A stretch of DNA of 32,000 nucleotides from a bacterium. GTDB taxonomy: Bacteria > UBP7 > UBA6624 > JBBIMK01. Within the stretch, counting starts at the first letter, position 1, and each line of letters begins with the position of its first letter. The stretch lies in assembly GCA_037444445.1 (NCBI GenBank), contig JBBIMK010000011.1, positions 1-32,000 of the forward strand, read 5' to 3'. The notes under the pieces are model-generated. The model was not told the DNA's origin. It ran no database searches and was given only the letters and a program-made list of their open reading frames with translations. The position numbers and the translations under genes are program-made. Below are positions 22,750-31,671 of this stretch, in pieces.

Positions 22750-22755
22750 ATTTTT

Positions 22756-23376
22756 TTACGATAGAAAACCGGACAGCGTAATGCAGAAGGAGATGACGAT
22801 GGGAAGGTTGTCCCAGCCCTCGGGGCAGGCGCTTTCTACCACGCCAGAAGTGAAGGAAGCAAACAGGAAGGGAAGAAGGAATGTGGAGTGCGGTATGCGG
22901 ATTGCCCCGACCCCGTTAGAAGGCGGGACGGAATGGAACGCAGGTATATAGAAAAGATAGAACCCGGCAGAAGAAACAAAAGCGGAAAGAATAAATCCCA
23001 GAAGGCCCAGCCAGTTCTTCCGGACATTCCACGAGAAACCTTTCCCTTTCCACAGAATTCCTGATAAGGAGGAGGAGGCATCGGCCACGCTGAGAACGAC
23101 CCAGGCGGTAAGGGCCACCGGGAAGGGGAAAAGCAGGAAGGCGAGGAAAAGGGCAACCGGAGTTGAAATGTAGCCGAAATCTATGGGATGGCGACGCACA
23201 TCCCTCGCTATGGGTAAGTGTGGAAAGATGTAGACCATAAAGGGGATGAGAAGGGCGGTAAACCATAAGGCAGTGCTACGGTCAGGCAAGAAGAAAGCGG
23301 GGACGCACCCCGCCAGATGCAAAGTTTTCCGCCCGACTAACTGACGAACGGTTAGAGAAGAGTTCGCTCCTCGCAA
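22756..23376 (-). CDS. integral membrane protein, possibly a CTP-dependent polyprenol/phytol kinase (CDS-family) relative
   Basis: 206 aa and polytopic. GRKTLHLAG and ..SVADASSSLSGILWGKG...RKNWLGLLGF.. loosely recall dolichol/phytol kinase motifs (RK..H...G; D..A...G...G......KS..G). The track start is a TTG, and no ATG or SD is evident, so the 5' end is uncertain. Confidence 0.35.
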   Translation of the reverse strand: MRGANSSLTVRQLVGRKTLHLAGCVPAFFLPDRSTALWFTALLIPFMVYIFPHLPIARDVRRHPIDFGYISTPVALFLAFLLFPFPVALTAWVVLSVADASSSLSGILWKGKGFSWNVRKNWLGLLGFILSAFVSSAGFYLFYIPAFHSVPPSNGVGAIRIPHSTFLLPFLFASFTSGVVESACPEGWDNLPIVISFCITLSGFLS

Positions 23377-23523
23377 TCCACAGGATAGGATACACGGAAA
23401 AATACAAAATGCAAAGATGGATTATCCATCGCAATCCACCGGTTACAATAAATTCCCCCCACCGGTTTTATACAGGGGGTGATGAAAACAATTTTGGGGT
23501 GAAGGGGGGCTCCGAAAGTGAAG

Positions 23524-23976
23524 TTATTTGGTCATCTTATCCTTGATATAGAAGTAATTTCCGACGCCATACATCAAGCCAGAAGCGGTGATACCCATAA
23601 CCAATAGCAGAACCTCATTCCACGCCGGGAACTTCCCTGTGCTGAAAACAGAGAACAGGAATGCCCCTCCGAGAACGATGGTCCAGAAGAAGAATTGGAA
23701 TCGGCTCAGGCTTACATGCCCATCCTCCCCCAGTATCACGCGAACCAGTGGGGGGATACCCACGACGAACCCGAAAAGATATAGAACTAACTGGGTCAGG
23801 AAGAGAATCACTACTCCGCCGTAGAACAGAAGGGTGGTAGCGGTCACCAGGTCGGGCGACATAACCTTCAGAATCTGAACGATAACGGCGATAATAACGA
23901 CGAAAAGGACAAACCACAGGAGCCATTGCCACCAGGGCCGGCTCCGCCAGAAAGTTTCATCCAGAATCTCCTTCAT
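23524..23976 (-). CDS. hypothetical membrane protein (about 4 TM)
   Basis: MKEILDETFWRSRPWWQWLLWFVLFVVIIAVIVQIL... starts from the ATG at 23976, preceded by AGGAGGTG. The longer track ORF (to 24159) would overlap the upstream gene and has no SD. Confidence 0.6.
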   Translation of the reverse strand: MKEILDETFWRSRPWWQWLLWFVLFVVIIAVIVQILKVMSPDLVTATTLLFYGGVVILFLTQLVLYLFGFVVGIPPLVRVILGEDGHVSLSRFQFFFWTIVLGGAFLFSVFSTGKFPAWNEVLLLVMGITASGLMYGVGNYFYIKDKMTK

Positions 23977-24085
23977 CTGTTCACACCTCCTGACCTGTAT
24001 TATATCAAAGAATGATGAAGAGGGGAGGCGCCCACTGGTCCACTGACCCGGGAAAATATGTCGGTAACGAAATTTGAAGCAGGTT

Positions 24086-25072
24086 CTACGAGCGGTGGGA
24101 ACCCACGGCGTCGCGGAGCGCCTGGAGATTAGCCTCCGGTGTGGCGATGGGAATGACACATCCAGCGCCCAGAAGGAATCGTTTCCCTCCCGTCTGGGCT
24201 ATGGCATCTTCCGCTTCCTGTCGGACCTGTTCGGGGGAGCCTTTATACAGGGTGTTCCTCTCATTCAAACCCCCCATAACGGCGCCCGGAAAGGTTTCCA
24301 TCGCTTCAGGTAGAGAAGGGGGGGCGCGACGGTCGTGCCAGTTCACAATCTGCACCGGGTAGTCCTTGATGATGTGGAAATAGGGGTTCAAGCCGTGAAT
24401 GTGCAGGAGTATAAAATCTGCGCGGGTTGTGAGAGGGTTCAGAACCTCCAGCTCATAAGGGACGCCGAAAGTTTTGTATTCATTTTCCGTGAGAATTTCT
24501 GCGGTAGCGGTTTTGGTGGCGAAGAAAATCGCATCTGCGCCAGAATTTAAGCAGGCCTTTGCATAGTTCAGCGTAGTATGAGTGATAATTTCCAGCCCGG
24601 CATGCACCTCTTTCGGCTTCTCCCGTATGTCATTCCGCCAGGCATCTCCCCGGAGTTCTGTAAGTATGGTGAGAGGGCTGAAGAGGGTGGGCAGGAGGGG
24701 AATGTCCCAGCCGATTCCCGCCCGTATCTGTTGAAGGGCTCGCAATTGCATGCCGAGGATGCCCTTATGAACCGATGGAGGGGTGAGTTTCGGCCAATCT
24801 TCAGGAAAATGAACGGGACGGCTGCGGTAGGTTCGGGTCCCGTCCTCGGCATCGGTGGGCACCAGTTGAGCGCCGAAGGCTTCCGCCATATACCCGCTGG
24901 CGAAGGTCACTTTCACCAGGTCCCAGTCATATTTCTTCTGGAAGGCGATGGTTTCTTTTGCCAGACTCTCCGCCGCTGTATCCTCAATGGGAAAATGCCG
25001 CCACACCGCCACAGGAACCCTCTCTACTTCTTCCCCCCGTATCACCTTTTGAATCCATTCCCTCCTCGTCAT
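24086..25072 (-). CDS. uroporphyrinogen decarboxylase (URO-D) family protein, MtaA/CmuA-like
   Basis: 328 aa. The N-terminus MTRREWIQKVIRGEEVERVPVAVWRHFP and the TIM-barrel-like length and pattern are typical of URO-D family methyltransferase/decarboxylase homologues. Confidence 0.6.
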   Translation of the reverse strand: MTRREWIQKVIRGEEVERVPVAVWRHFPIEDTAAESLAKETIAFQKKYDWDLVKVTFASGYMAEAFGAQLVPTDAEDGTRTYRSRPVHFPEDWPKLTPPSVHKGILGMQLRALQQIRAGIGWDIPLLPTLFSPLTILTELRGDAWRNDIREKPKEVHAGLEIITHTTLNYAKACLNSGADAIFFATKTATAEILTENEYKTFGVPYELEVLNPLTTRADFILLHIHGLNPYFHIIKDYPVQIVNWHDRRAPPSLPEAMETFPGAVMGGLNERNTLYKGSPEQVRQEAEDAIAQTGGKRFLLGAGCVIPIATPEANLQALRDAVGSHRS

Positions 25073-25214
25073 ACCCCTTTTTCCTCCTGCGGGCCCATTA
25101 CTATCTTATCACATATCCCCCTGCTTCGCCGGGGGTTAATCAGGCTCACCTTTCCGGATAGAGAAATGGAAAGGGGAACGGAAAATCGGGTGAATGAATT
25201 CAGCGGAATCAGGC

Positions 25215-26723
25215 TCAGCGCTCTTTTTCGCCTTCAGGAGGAGGGGTGGCGCCGACTCTGGGCAATTTTCTTACCAGGTCTTCCAGTTTCATACCGGTGA
25301 GGCTTTCTATCACGGGAGGGAGTTGAGCGAGGATAGTGGCGATGTCGCCGGTAACCCGGGAGGCGCCCGCGGTGGCAGAATCCCCACCGGTGCTCACAAT
25401 GACTATCTTTTCCGTTTTCGCTAACGGCTCGGATACGGCGCTGGCGATTTTGGGCAGGGCTTCCACGATAATCTGGCTCAATGCCGCTTCGTTATACATT
25501 CTCCAGGACTCGGCTTTTTTCCGCATGGCTTCCGCTTCGGAAAGCCCCTGGGCTTTGATAACATCGGCCTGGGCAAGGCCGCGGGCGCGGTTGGCGTCGC
25601 CTTCCGCCACGCCCGTGGCTTTCACCACATCCGCCTGGGCAAAGCCTGTGGCTTTGATGGCGGAGGCTTGCCCTGCCGCCTCTGTTTCCAGTTTGAATTT
25701 CTGGGCGTTGGCGAGAGTCTCAATCCGATACCGCTCCGCTTCCGCTGGCTTGTTCACCGTGGCTTCTAATTCCTTCTGCTTCCGGGTGATTTCCAGTTCC
25801 TGAACTTTGATTCTCTGCTCCTTTTCCACGATGTCCACACCCACTTCTTCCTTCTTCACTTCCTGGGAGGTGCGGAACTTCTGGAGGTCATAAGCCAGGT
25901 CAGCCTGGGCTTTCTTCTCGTTGACGGCGGCAGTGAACTCCGCAACGCGCATCTTATAATCCCGCTCCGATTCCGCAATCTTCGTGTCAGCGGCGAACTT
26001 CGCCGTCTGCCCCTCCTGATTTGCAATGGCGGAGCGGATGGTGGCGTCCCGATTCGCTTCCGCTTCCGCTATGACTGCATCCCGCTTTACCTGAGCAATC
26101 CGGGGCCGTCCAAGGGCGTCTAAATACCCTTCATTGTCCTTGATGTCCTTCATCGTGAAGGAAACGATGGTGATGCCCATATTCGCCAGGTCGGCGGCGG
26201 CTACTTCTTGCACCTTCTGGGCGAAGGCATCCCGATTTTTATAAATTTCTTCCACCGTGAGAGTTCCGAGAATCGCACGGAGATGCCCTTCTAAGGTCTG
26301 ATGAATGATGGAAGTCATTTCCGCCCGGCTCTTATTCAAAAACTGCTCGGCGGCCGTGGCAATGCTCACATCATCGCCCTTCACCTTCACCTGGGCGACG
26401 CCGGAAACGACTACGGGAACGCCCATTACTGTGTAGACTTCCGGCGTTTGAATCTCCAGCGTCATCACTTCCAGGGAAAGGGCATCCACCTTTTCAATGA
26501 TGGGCCAGACGAAGGTGCCACCCCCTTTCACCGTGCGGAAGCCCACGGTGTACACCCGACCACTGGCGTCCCGCATTCGGTGCCTCCGCCCCGAGATAAT
26601 CAGGGCTTCATTGGGGCCTACCTTTACATACCGGCTGGCATAAATGATGATGAAGAGGAAGATAGCCACCACAACCCCACCCACCACCAGGACGACAAGT
26701 GAAGTAGGCACAGGCAATGCCAT
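25215..26723 (-). CDS. floT: flotillin (SPFH-domain, FloT/YuaG-like)
   Basis: 502 aa with an N-terminal TM, an SPFH domain and a long Ala/Glu/Lys-rich coiled coil carrying repeated AQADV(I/V)KA motifs. It is preceded by an NfeD gene, as in B. subtilis yuaF-floT. Confidence 0.85.
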   Translation of the reverse strand: MALPVPTSLVVLVVGGVVVAIFLFIIIYASRYVKVGPNEALIISGRRHRMRDASGRVYTVGFRTVKGGGTFVWPIIEKVDALSLEVMTLEIQTPEVYTVMGVPVVVSGVAQVKVKGDDVSIATAAEQFLNKSRAEMTSIIHQTLEGHLRAILGTLTVEEIYKNRDAFAQKVQEVAAADLANMGITIVSFTMKDIKDNEGYLDALGRPRIAQVKRDAVIAEAEANRDATIRSAIANQEGQTAKFAADTKIAESERDYKMRVAEFTAAVNEKKAQADLAYDLQKFRTSQEVKKEEVGVDIVEKEQRIKVQELEITRKQKELEATVNKPAEAERYRIETLANAQKFKLETEAAGQASAIKATGFAQADVVKATGVAEGDANRARGLAQADVIKAQGLSEAEAMRKKAESWRMYNEAALSQIIVEALPKIASAVSEPLAKTEKIVIVSTGGDSATAGASRVTGDIATILAQLPPVIESLTGMKLEDLVRKLPRVGATPPPEGEKER

Positions 26724-26739
26724 TTTCTTTCACCTCATT

Positions 26740-27333
26740 CTATGATTTTTCTTGCCTACCTGAAACGGGCTTCACGAAGATATACCCCCCCACAACCCGG
26801 GTAATGGTCACGGAAGTATGAACCGGGATTGGCTTCCCATCCTCGCTTTTGGCGGGCGCATTCAACCGACTCCCTTTATGCACATACGCCACTTCGCCCA
26901 TACCATCAGGCGGAATGGGGGCGATGACCTCCGCCGTCTCCCCAATCAGTTCCGCCACTCTGGACTCACTGCTACTCTGGGTGATGCTGAAGACCTTATA
27001 GAACATCCAGAAGACGAGACCTGCCACAATGAATCCGGAAAGGGTGGCTATCAAAAGCCCCGGAACCACAGAACCCGGTCCCTTCCAGAAGAAGGAAGTG
27101 AGGAGCCCGGCAGCGCCGAAAGTCGTGATAAATGTCGCCAGCGTCACCGTGTTGATAGGGCTGAAAGTGGGCATTTCTGCCCCGGAAAGGTCAGCACCAT
27201 GTAGCCCTCCCGTCACATCCCCCAGGTCATGGTCGCCACCCAGGTCCAGCACATGACTGAAAACCGCAGACAGAATGGCGAAAACTAACCCCACTAAAAA
27301 AAGTATCAGATAAATTACCGTTACGGTTGCCAT
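26740..27333 (-). CDS. NfeD family membrane protein
   Basis: 197 aa. It has N-terminal TM helices and a C-terminal OB-like domain (GETAEVIAPIPPDGMGEVAYVHKGSRLNAPAKSEDGKPIP.HTSVTITRVVGGYIFV). It lies 17 nt upstream of flotillin. Confidence 0.75.
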   Translation of the reverse strand: MATVTVIYLILFLVGLVFAILSAVFSHVLDLGGDHDLGDVTGGLHGADLSGAEMPTFSPINTVTLATFITTFGAAGLLTSFFWKGPGSVVPGLLIATLSGFIVAGLVFWMFYKVFSITQSSSESRVAELIGETAEVIAPIPPDGMGEVAYVHKGSRLNAPAKSEDGKPIPVHTSVTITRVVGGYIFVKPVSGRQEKS

Positions 27334-27355
27334 CTCTCTGCTTCCTCCTCTAACT

Positions 27356-27384
27356 ACTTTACCAGAACCCCTTCAAAATGTCAA
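27356..27384 (-). promoter_or_regulatory. promoter of the nfeD-flotillin operon
   Basis: The minus strand reads TTGACA - 17 nt (ending in TGG) - TAAAGT, followed by AGGAGG and the ATG at 27333. Confidence 0.5.
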
Positions 27385-27531
27385 ACTCCACCTGCAGGTA
27401 GTCAGCCTGTAGCGAGGAAACTTCATTGAGAATGCTTCATCGCCAGCACTATTGCATTCCCCTGAAATATCCCCGTGAAAACATTCACAGGGCAGATACG
27501 GGGGTTGTCCCTGACAACTGACGAATAGAAT

Positions 27532-27559
27532 TGGACAATTTTTTCTCTTCTGGTATGAT
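27532..27559 (+). promoter_or_regulatory. promoter of the sdhCDA operon
   Basis: TGGACA at 27532-27537, a 16-nt spacer ending in TGG, and TATGAT at 27554-27559. It is divergent from the nfeD promoter. Confidence 0.45.
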
Positions 27560-27581
27560 ACCCTCGGAAGGAGATGAGGGG

Positions 27582-27980
27582 ATGATGGAAAAAGTTCCTG
27601 CGGGATTTGGTGGCTCCCTGCGATGGGTGCTTACCTATCGGGGTGGCGAAGGTATGTGGTCGTGGTTCTTTCACCGCCTCACCGGAGTCGCCATTTTACT
27701 GTTTCTCCTGATTCATATCCTGGATACCGCCCTGGTGGGCTGGCCCAGAATCTACAACCTGGTGATGGACATCTATCGCCATCCGGTCTTCCATGTGGGT
27801 GAAGTATTCCTGGTGGCCGCTGTTCTATTCCACGCCCTGAACGGCATTCGCATCACCCTGCTGGATTTCTTTCAGGGGCTGATGAAATATCAGCGGCAAC
27901 TTTTTTATGCGGAGTTGTATGTTTTTCTTCTCCTGATTCTTCCCACCGCCATCTGGATGTTAAGGGAGTTATGGCGATGA
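27582..27980 (+). CDS. sdhC: succinate dehydrogenase cytochrome b subunit
   Basis: MMEKVPAGFGG...WSWFFHRLTGVAILLFLLIHILDT has 3 TM spans and a conserved heme-ligand His. Its position directly before sdhD and sdhA supports the call. I chose the ATG at 27582, after the SD GGAAGGAG. Confidence 0.75.
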   Translation: MMEKVPAGFGGSLRWVLTYRGGEGMWSWFFHRLTGVAILLFLLIHILDTALVGWPRIYNLVMDIYRHPVFHVGEVFLVAAVLFHALNGIRITLLDFFQGLMKYQRQLFYAELYVFLLLILPTAIWMLRELWR

Positions 27981-28354
27981 ATGGGGGATATGGGCATCCT
28001 CGCCCTGCTGGCGGTTTTGAACTCTACTCCTGGTTGTTCATGCGTATCTCCGGGCTCCTTCTTATTTTCCTCGCTCTGGGCCATTTATTCATTATGCACA
28101 TCCTCGTGGGGATAGAGAATGTGGACTATTCATTCGTGGCTCAGCGGTATGCCACGCCCTTCTGGCGGATTTATGACCTTCTTATGCTACTGCTGGCATT
28201 ATTTCACGGCTTAAATGGCGCCCGGATTCTGATAGACGATTATGTCCGAACACCCGGCTGGAGGGTCTTCTGGATAACCATCCTGTATCTGGTGGCGCTG
28301 GTGTTCACCGTCATTGGCTCTCTAATTATCCTCACATTCCAGCCGAAATTTTAA
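27971..28354 (+). CDS. sdhD: succinate dehydrogenase membrane anchor subunit
   Basis: 127 aa with 3 TM spans, including ISGLLLIFLALGHLFIMH. It overlaps the sdhC end. The second ATG at 27977 has better SD spacing. Confidence 0.7.
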   Translation: MAMNGGYGHPRPAGGFELYSWLFMRISGLLLIFLALGHLFIMHILVGIENVDYSFVAQRYATPFWRIYDLLMLLLALFHGLNGARILIDDYVRTPGWRVFWITILYLVALVFTVIGSLIILTFQPKF

Positions 28355-28372
28355 TCCGGGAGATGATGCGTG

Positions 28373-30097
28373 ATGGTTCACGAATTTGATGTGGTGATTG
28401 TGGGGGGAGGAGGAGCGGGATTATGGGCTGCTCTGGAAGCCTCCCGGCGGTGCAAAACCGCGGTCCTGTCCAAGTTATATCCCACCCGCTCGCATACGGG
28501 GACGGCCCAGGGTGGCATCGGCGCCGCCCTGGGCAATGTGGAAGAAGACCACCCGGAATGGCATATGTTTGACACCGTAAAGGGAAGTGATTATTTAGCC
28601 GACCAGGACGCCGTTGAAATCCTGTGCAGGGAAGCGGTGGAAACGGTGCTCTCCCTGGAGCATATGGGCTTGCCGTTCAACCGCACATCGGAGGGGAAAA
28701 TTGACCAGCGCCCCTTCGGTGGGCACACCTCTAACTTCGGGAAAAAACCGGTAAGACGAGCATGCTACGCCGCTGACCGAACAGGACACATGATTCTACA
28801 AACCCTCTACCAGCAGTGCATCAAAAATCAGGTGGCTTTTTATGATGAGTTTCAGGTTCTGGATGTGCTGTTAGAGGATGGAATTTGCAAAGGTGTCGTG
28901 GCATGGGAACTCGCCACCGGCTCCCTGCACACCTTTCTTTCTAAGGCGGTGATTCTTTGCGTCGGTGGCGCCGGCAGGATGTTCAAAATCACTTCCAACG
29001 CCCATTCCCTCACCGGCGATGGTATGGCTATTTGTGCCCGCCGGGGCATCCCCCTGGAAGATATGGAGTTCTTCCAGTTCCATCCCACGGGAATTTACAA
29101 GCTGGGCATCCTGATTACGGAAGCCGTTCGGGGTGAGGGTGGGATTCTCCTCAATCAGGATAATGAACGGTTTATGGAACGCTACGCACCCACGCTGAAA
29201 GACCTGGCACCCCGGGACCTGGTTTCCCGCTGTATGTACACCGAAATCCGTGAGGGCAGGGGCATTGATGGAAAGGATTACCTGTATCTGGACGCCACTC
29301 ATCTCGGAAGGGAAGTCATAGAGAAGAAACTTCCTGATGTGGCTGATTTCACACGAACCTATTTAGGAATTGACCCTGCAGAGAAGCCCATCCCCGTCCA
29401 GCCTACTGCTCATTATATGATGGGCGGTATACCCACAGATGTGGACGGTCGGGTGATACAGGATGAAAAGAATACCCCCGTTCCAGGCTTGTATGCGGCG
29501 GGAGAATGCGCCTGCGTCAGCGTTCACGGAGCAAATCGTCTGGGCACCAACTCCCTGGTGGATATTCTGGTTTTCGGGCGTCGCTCAGGCCGTCACGCTG
29601 CCCTCTACGCCCGGGAGGTGGATTTACCCTCACTGCCCGATGACCCGGAACGCTACGCCCGCCAGCAAATAGAAGCACTCCTGAGAAGAGAAAAAGGGGA
29701 ATCGGTGGCTGAAATCCGCTCCACCCTCCAGAGCGAAATGATGGACAAGTGCTCCGTTTTCCGAACCAGCACGGATTTGCTCCTCCTCCAGAAAACGATT
29801 CAGAATCTAAAGGACCAGTATCGGGGCGTGGCTATCCACGACCGTGGAAAAAAGTTCAACACGGAATTGATGGAAGCATGGGAACTGGGATGCTTGCTGG
29901 AATTAGCCGATTGCACCGTCGCATCCGCACTTCAGAGAACGGAAAGCCGGGGTGCCCACTACCGTGAAGATTTCCCCAATCGCGATGATGAACGCTGGCT
30001 GAAACACACCCTCGCTTATCCGAAGGAGGAGGGCTGGAACTTCCGCTACAAGCCCGTCGTCATCACCCGCTTCCCCCCCGCTGAACGAAAGTATTAA
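28373..30097 (+). CDS. sdhA: succinate dehydrogenase / fumarate reductase flavoprotein subunit
   Basis: [15 protein letters not shown] is the FAD dinucleotide fold. [11 protein letters not shown] contains the covalent-FAD His. HPTG, RGEGG and [23 protein letters not shown] are also present. Confidence 0.95.
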   Translation: MVHEFDVVIVGGGGAGLWAALEASRRCKTAVLSKLYPTRSHTGTAQGGIGAALGNVEEDHPEWHMFDTVKGSDYLADQDAVEILCREAVETVLSLEHMGLPFNRTSEGKIDQRPFGGHTSNFGKKPVRRACYAADRTGHMILQTLYQQCIKNQVAFYDEFQVLDVLLEDGICKGVVAWELATGSLHTFLSKAVILCVGGAGRMFKITSNAHSLTGDGMAICARRGIPLEDMEFFQFHPTGIYKLGILITEAVRGEGGILLNQDNERFMERYAPTLKDLAPRDLVSRCMYTEIREGRGIDGKDYLYLDATHLGREVIEKKLPDVADFTRTYLGIDPAEKPIPVQPTAHYMMGGIPTDVDGRVIQDEKNTPVPGLYAAGECACVSVHGANRLGTNSLVDILVFGRRSGRHAALYAREVDLPSLPDDPERYARQQIEALLRREKGESVAEIRSTLQSEMMDKCSVFRTSTDLLLLQKTIQNLKDQYRGVAIHDRGKKFNTELMEAWELGCLLELADCTVASALQRTESRGAHYREDFPNRDDERWLKHTLAYPKEEGWNFRYKPVVITRFPPAERKY

Positions 30098-30111
30098 ACC
30101 GTTAAACTACT

Positions 30112-30140
30112 GAACTTTTGAGGCCTGCCCCCAAAAGTTC
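30112..30140 (+). terminator. stem-loop after sdhA (possible terminator)
   Basis: GAACTTTTG (30112-30120), an 11-nt loop, and CAAAAGTTC (30132-30140) form a perfect 9-bp stem. It is followed only by a weak CTTTAT. Confidence 0.4.
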
Positions 30141-30167
30141 CTTTATCAAACAGGGGTGGGAAATGCG

Positions 30168-30203
30168 AAAAAATGGAGGGGAGGAGCTTGTCTCCTCCCG
30201 CCA
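30168..30203 (-). terminator. canonical intrinsic terminator on the minus strand
   Basis: The minus strand reads TGGCGGGAGGAG-acaag-CTCCTCCCCTCCA followed directly by TTTTTT. It lies about 300 nt downstream of the lipoprotein stop (30509). Confidence 0.55.
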
Positions 30204-30508
30204 GAATAAGCGAGACTCCAGAATTATTCAGATTGATTCTTTTCTATCCTGTCTACAAAAGATTGACTTTTTTTACATTCCCTTTATATTACATAATGCC
30301 AGTGAAGTTAAAGAAAGAAACCGAAATTTTTCCCCTTTACTCTCTCTCGTAGTAGCCGTTGGTGGCTGGCTTTCTGCCCTCTCTTTGCCATTTTATACCC
30401 CTTAAAAATGGGAAGATTCCCTTTCTTCGCACCCTCTTTTATCTGGCTGTCCTGATTTCCTTTATCCTCTGGATTTTCCGCTGTAGGGTCGTCCCCTGCA
30501 CCAATCTA

Positions 30509-31663
30509 TTATATGGGCAGGATGACCCAGGCGAGCCAGAAGGGGGGCAAACCGGTGGAAAGGGGGGCAGATGTTTCCCACTGGTCGTTGTTTGTTCGTA
30601 AGATTCGTAAGCCGGGAGCGGATGGGTTTCTATCCAGCACGAATAGTTTATCTCCCCCGGGCGCCAAAGCAATTCTGGCAAGGTGAAATCCTTCGGAAAC
30701 GAGAAGGGTCTGCTCCACCATTTTCGTAATCGGATTGAAACTCACCAGAAGGGTTTTGAAAGAAGAATCCGAGAGGATGGCATATCCTTTGCCCGGCTGG
30801 AGAGCGAAATCTAACAAGTCTCCGCCCAGTGCTTCTTCCGTAATCAGGAAGCCGCGTGAGGAAAGGTTCACCGGGTTCACGACTTCAATGCCCCCATCTA
30901 ATACCCCGTATTCACCCGTATCCGCTACATACAGCAAGCCGTCCTGAAACAGGAGGTCAGTTCCCGCACAAGGATTTTTCCCCTGCAGGGGTATGGCATC
31001 GGGTTCCGGGGTGGAAGGATTGACATCTACGAGAGTATCCGTAGTGGCATCCACAACCGCTAAAAGGCCGTTCCCAGCAGGAGTGTAGAGATTATTCCGG
31101 TCCAGTCGCTGGATGGCGATGAATAGTCGGTTGTCGTGAAGCAGCATATAGGACATCTCAGGAAGTCCATCCGCATCAGCGAAGGGTGAGAGGTCAATTT
31201 CCTTCATAGTGGCACCATTGGTCAGGTTCATCTTGAGGAGTTCAGGACGGTCGTATCGGGAGATATAGGCGTAGTCGGGACTGATGAATTCCATATCATA
31301 GGGGTTTGAGCCAGCGCCTGTAGACCACTGGGAAGTAGTGGGCTGAAAACCCTGCCCGGGGTTCACCATCAGCACATTGTCTTGCCCCCGGCGGTTGATC
31401 ACCCAGATGCGCCCTCTGTTAGAGTCATATACTGCGGTGGCATCGCTGTGTATGGGATAGTTCAGCACGGTCATCTGGTTTGTATCCATAGAATAGGTGG
31501 CATACTGGCCGGTTTGAAAATCGGTGGTGACGATGAAGGCGAATGAACTGCCCACGATGGGAGTCGGTAACGGAGGATTACCCCCGCACGCTGAGAATCC
31601 GGAAATCACCATAAACAGGCAGAGAGTGAGAACCCTCTGCCTCCTGATACAGAAAAGATACAT
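30509..31663 (-). CDS. lipoprotein with beta-propeller-like repeats (YncE/LVIVD-like)
   Basis: MYLFCIRRQRVLTLCLFMVISGFSAC contains a lipobox (FSAC). Propeller-blade-like motifs recur: RGRIWVINRRG, DNRLFIAIQRLD, GLLAVVDATTD, GLLYVADTGEYG, GIEVVNP, GYAILSDSS, DKLFVLDRNP. Confidence 0.65.
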   Translation of the reverse strand: MYLFCIRRQRVLTLCLFMVISGFSACGGNPPLPTPIVGSSFAFIVTTDFQTGQYATYSMDTNQMTVLNYPIHSDATAVYDSNRGRIWVINRRGQDNVLMVNPGQGFQPTTSQWSTGAGSNPYDMEFISPDYAYISRYDRPELLKMNLTNGATMKEIDLSPFADADGLPEMSYMLLHDNRLFIAIQRLDRNNLYTPAGNGLLAVVDATTDTLVDVNPSTPEPDAIPLQGKNPCAGTDLLFQDGLLYVADTGEYGVLDGGIEVVNPVNLSSRGFLITEEALGGDLLDFALQPGKGYAILSDSSFKTLLVSFNPITKMVEQTLLVSEGFHLARIALAPGGDKLFVLDRNPSAPGLRILRTNNDQWETSAPLSTGLPPFWLAWVILPI

Positions 31664-31671
31664 TTTGTCTC

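Noticed and set aside
23977-24159. The N-terminal extension of the 211-aa track ORF 23524..24159.
   Set aside because: The extension is Arg/Ser/Pro-rich and overlaps the 3' end of the URO-D family gene. An internal ATG at 23976 has a strong AGGAGGTG SD and starts directly with the membrane-protein sequence.
25540-25700. Tandem-like DNA repeats (..catcggcctgggcaaggcc.. / ..catccgcctgggcaaagcc..) inside the flotillin gene.
   Set aside because: They encode the repeated AQADV(I/V)KA(Q/T)G heptad-like motifs of the flotillin C-terminal coiled coil. The coding requirement explains them fully.
30118-30601. Plus-strand ORFs 30118..30405 (95 aa) and 30359..30601 (80 aa).
   Set aside because: They have no SD and an odd composition. 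The second overlaps the well-supported lipoprotein gene on the opposite strand. The region looks non-coding and AT-rich.
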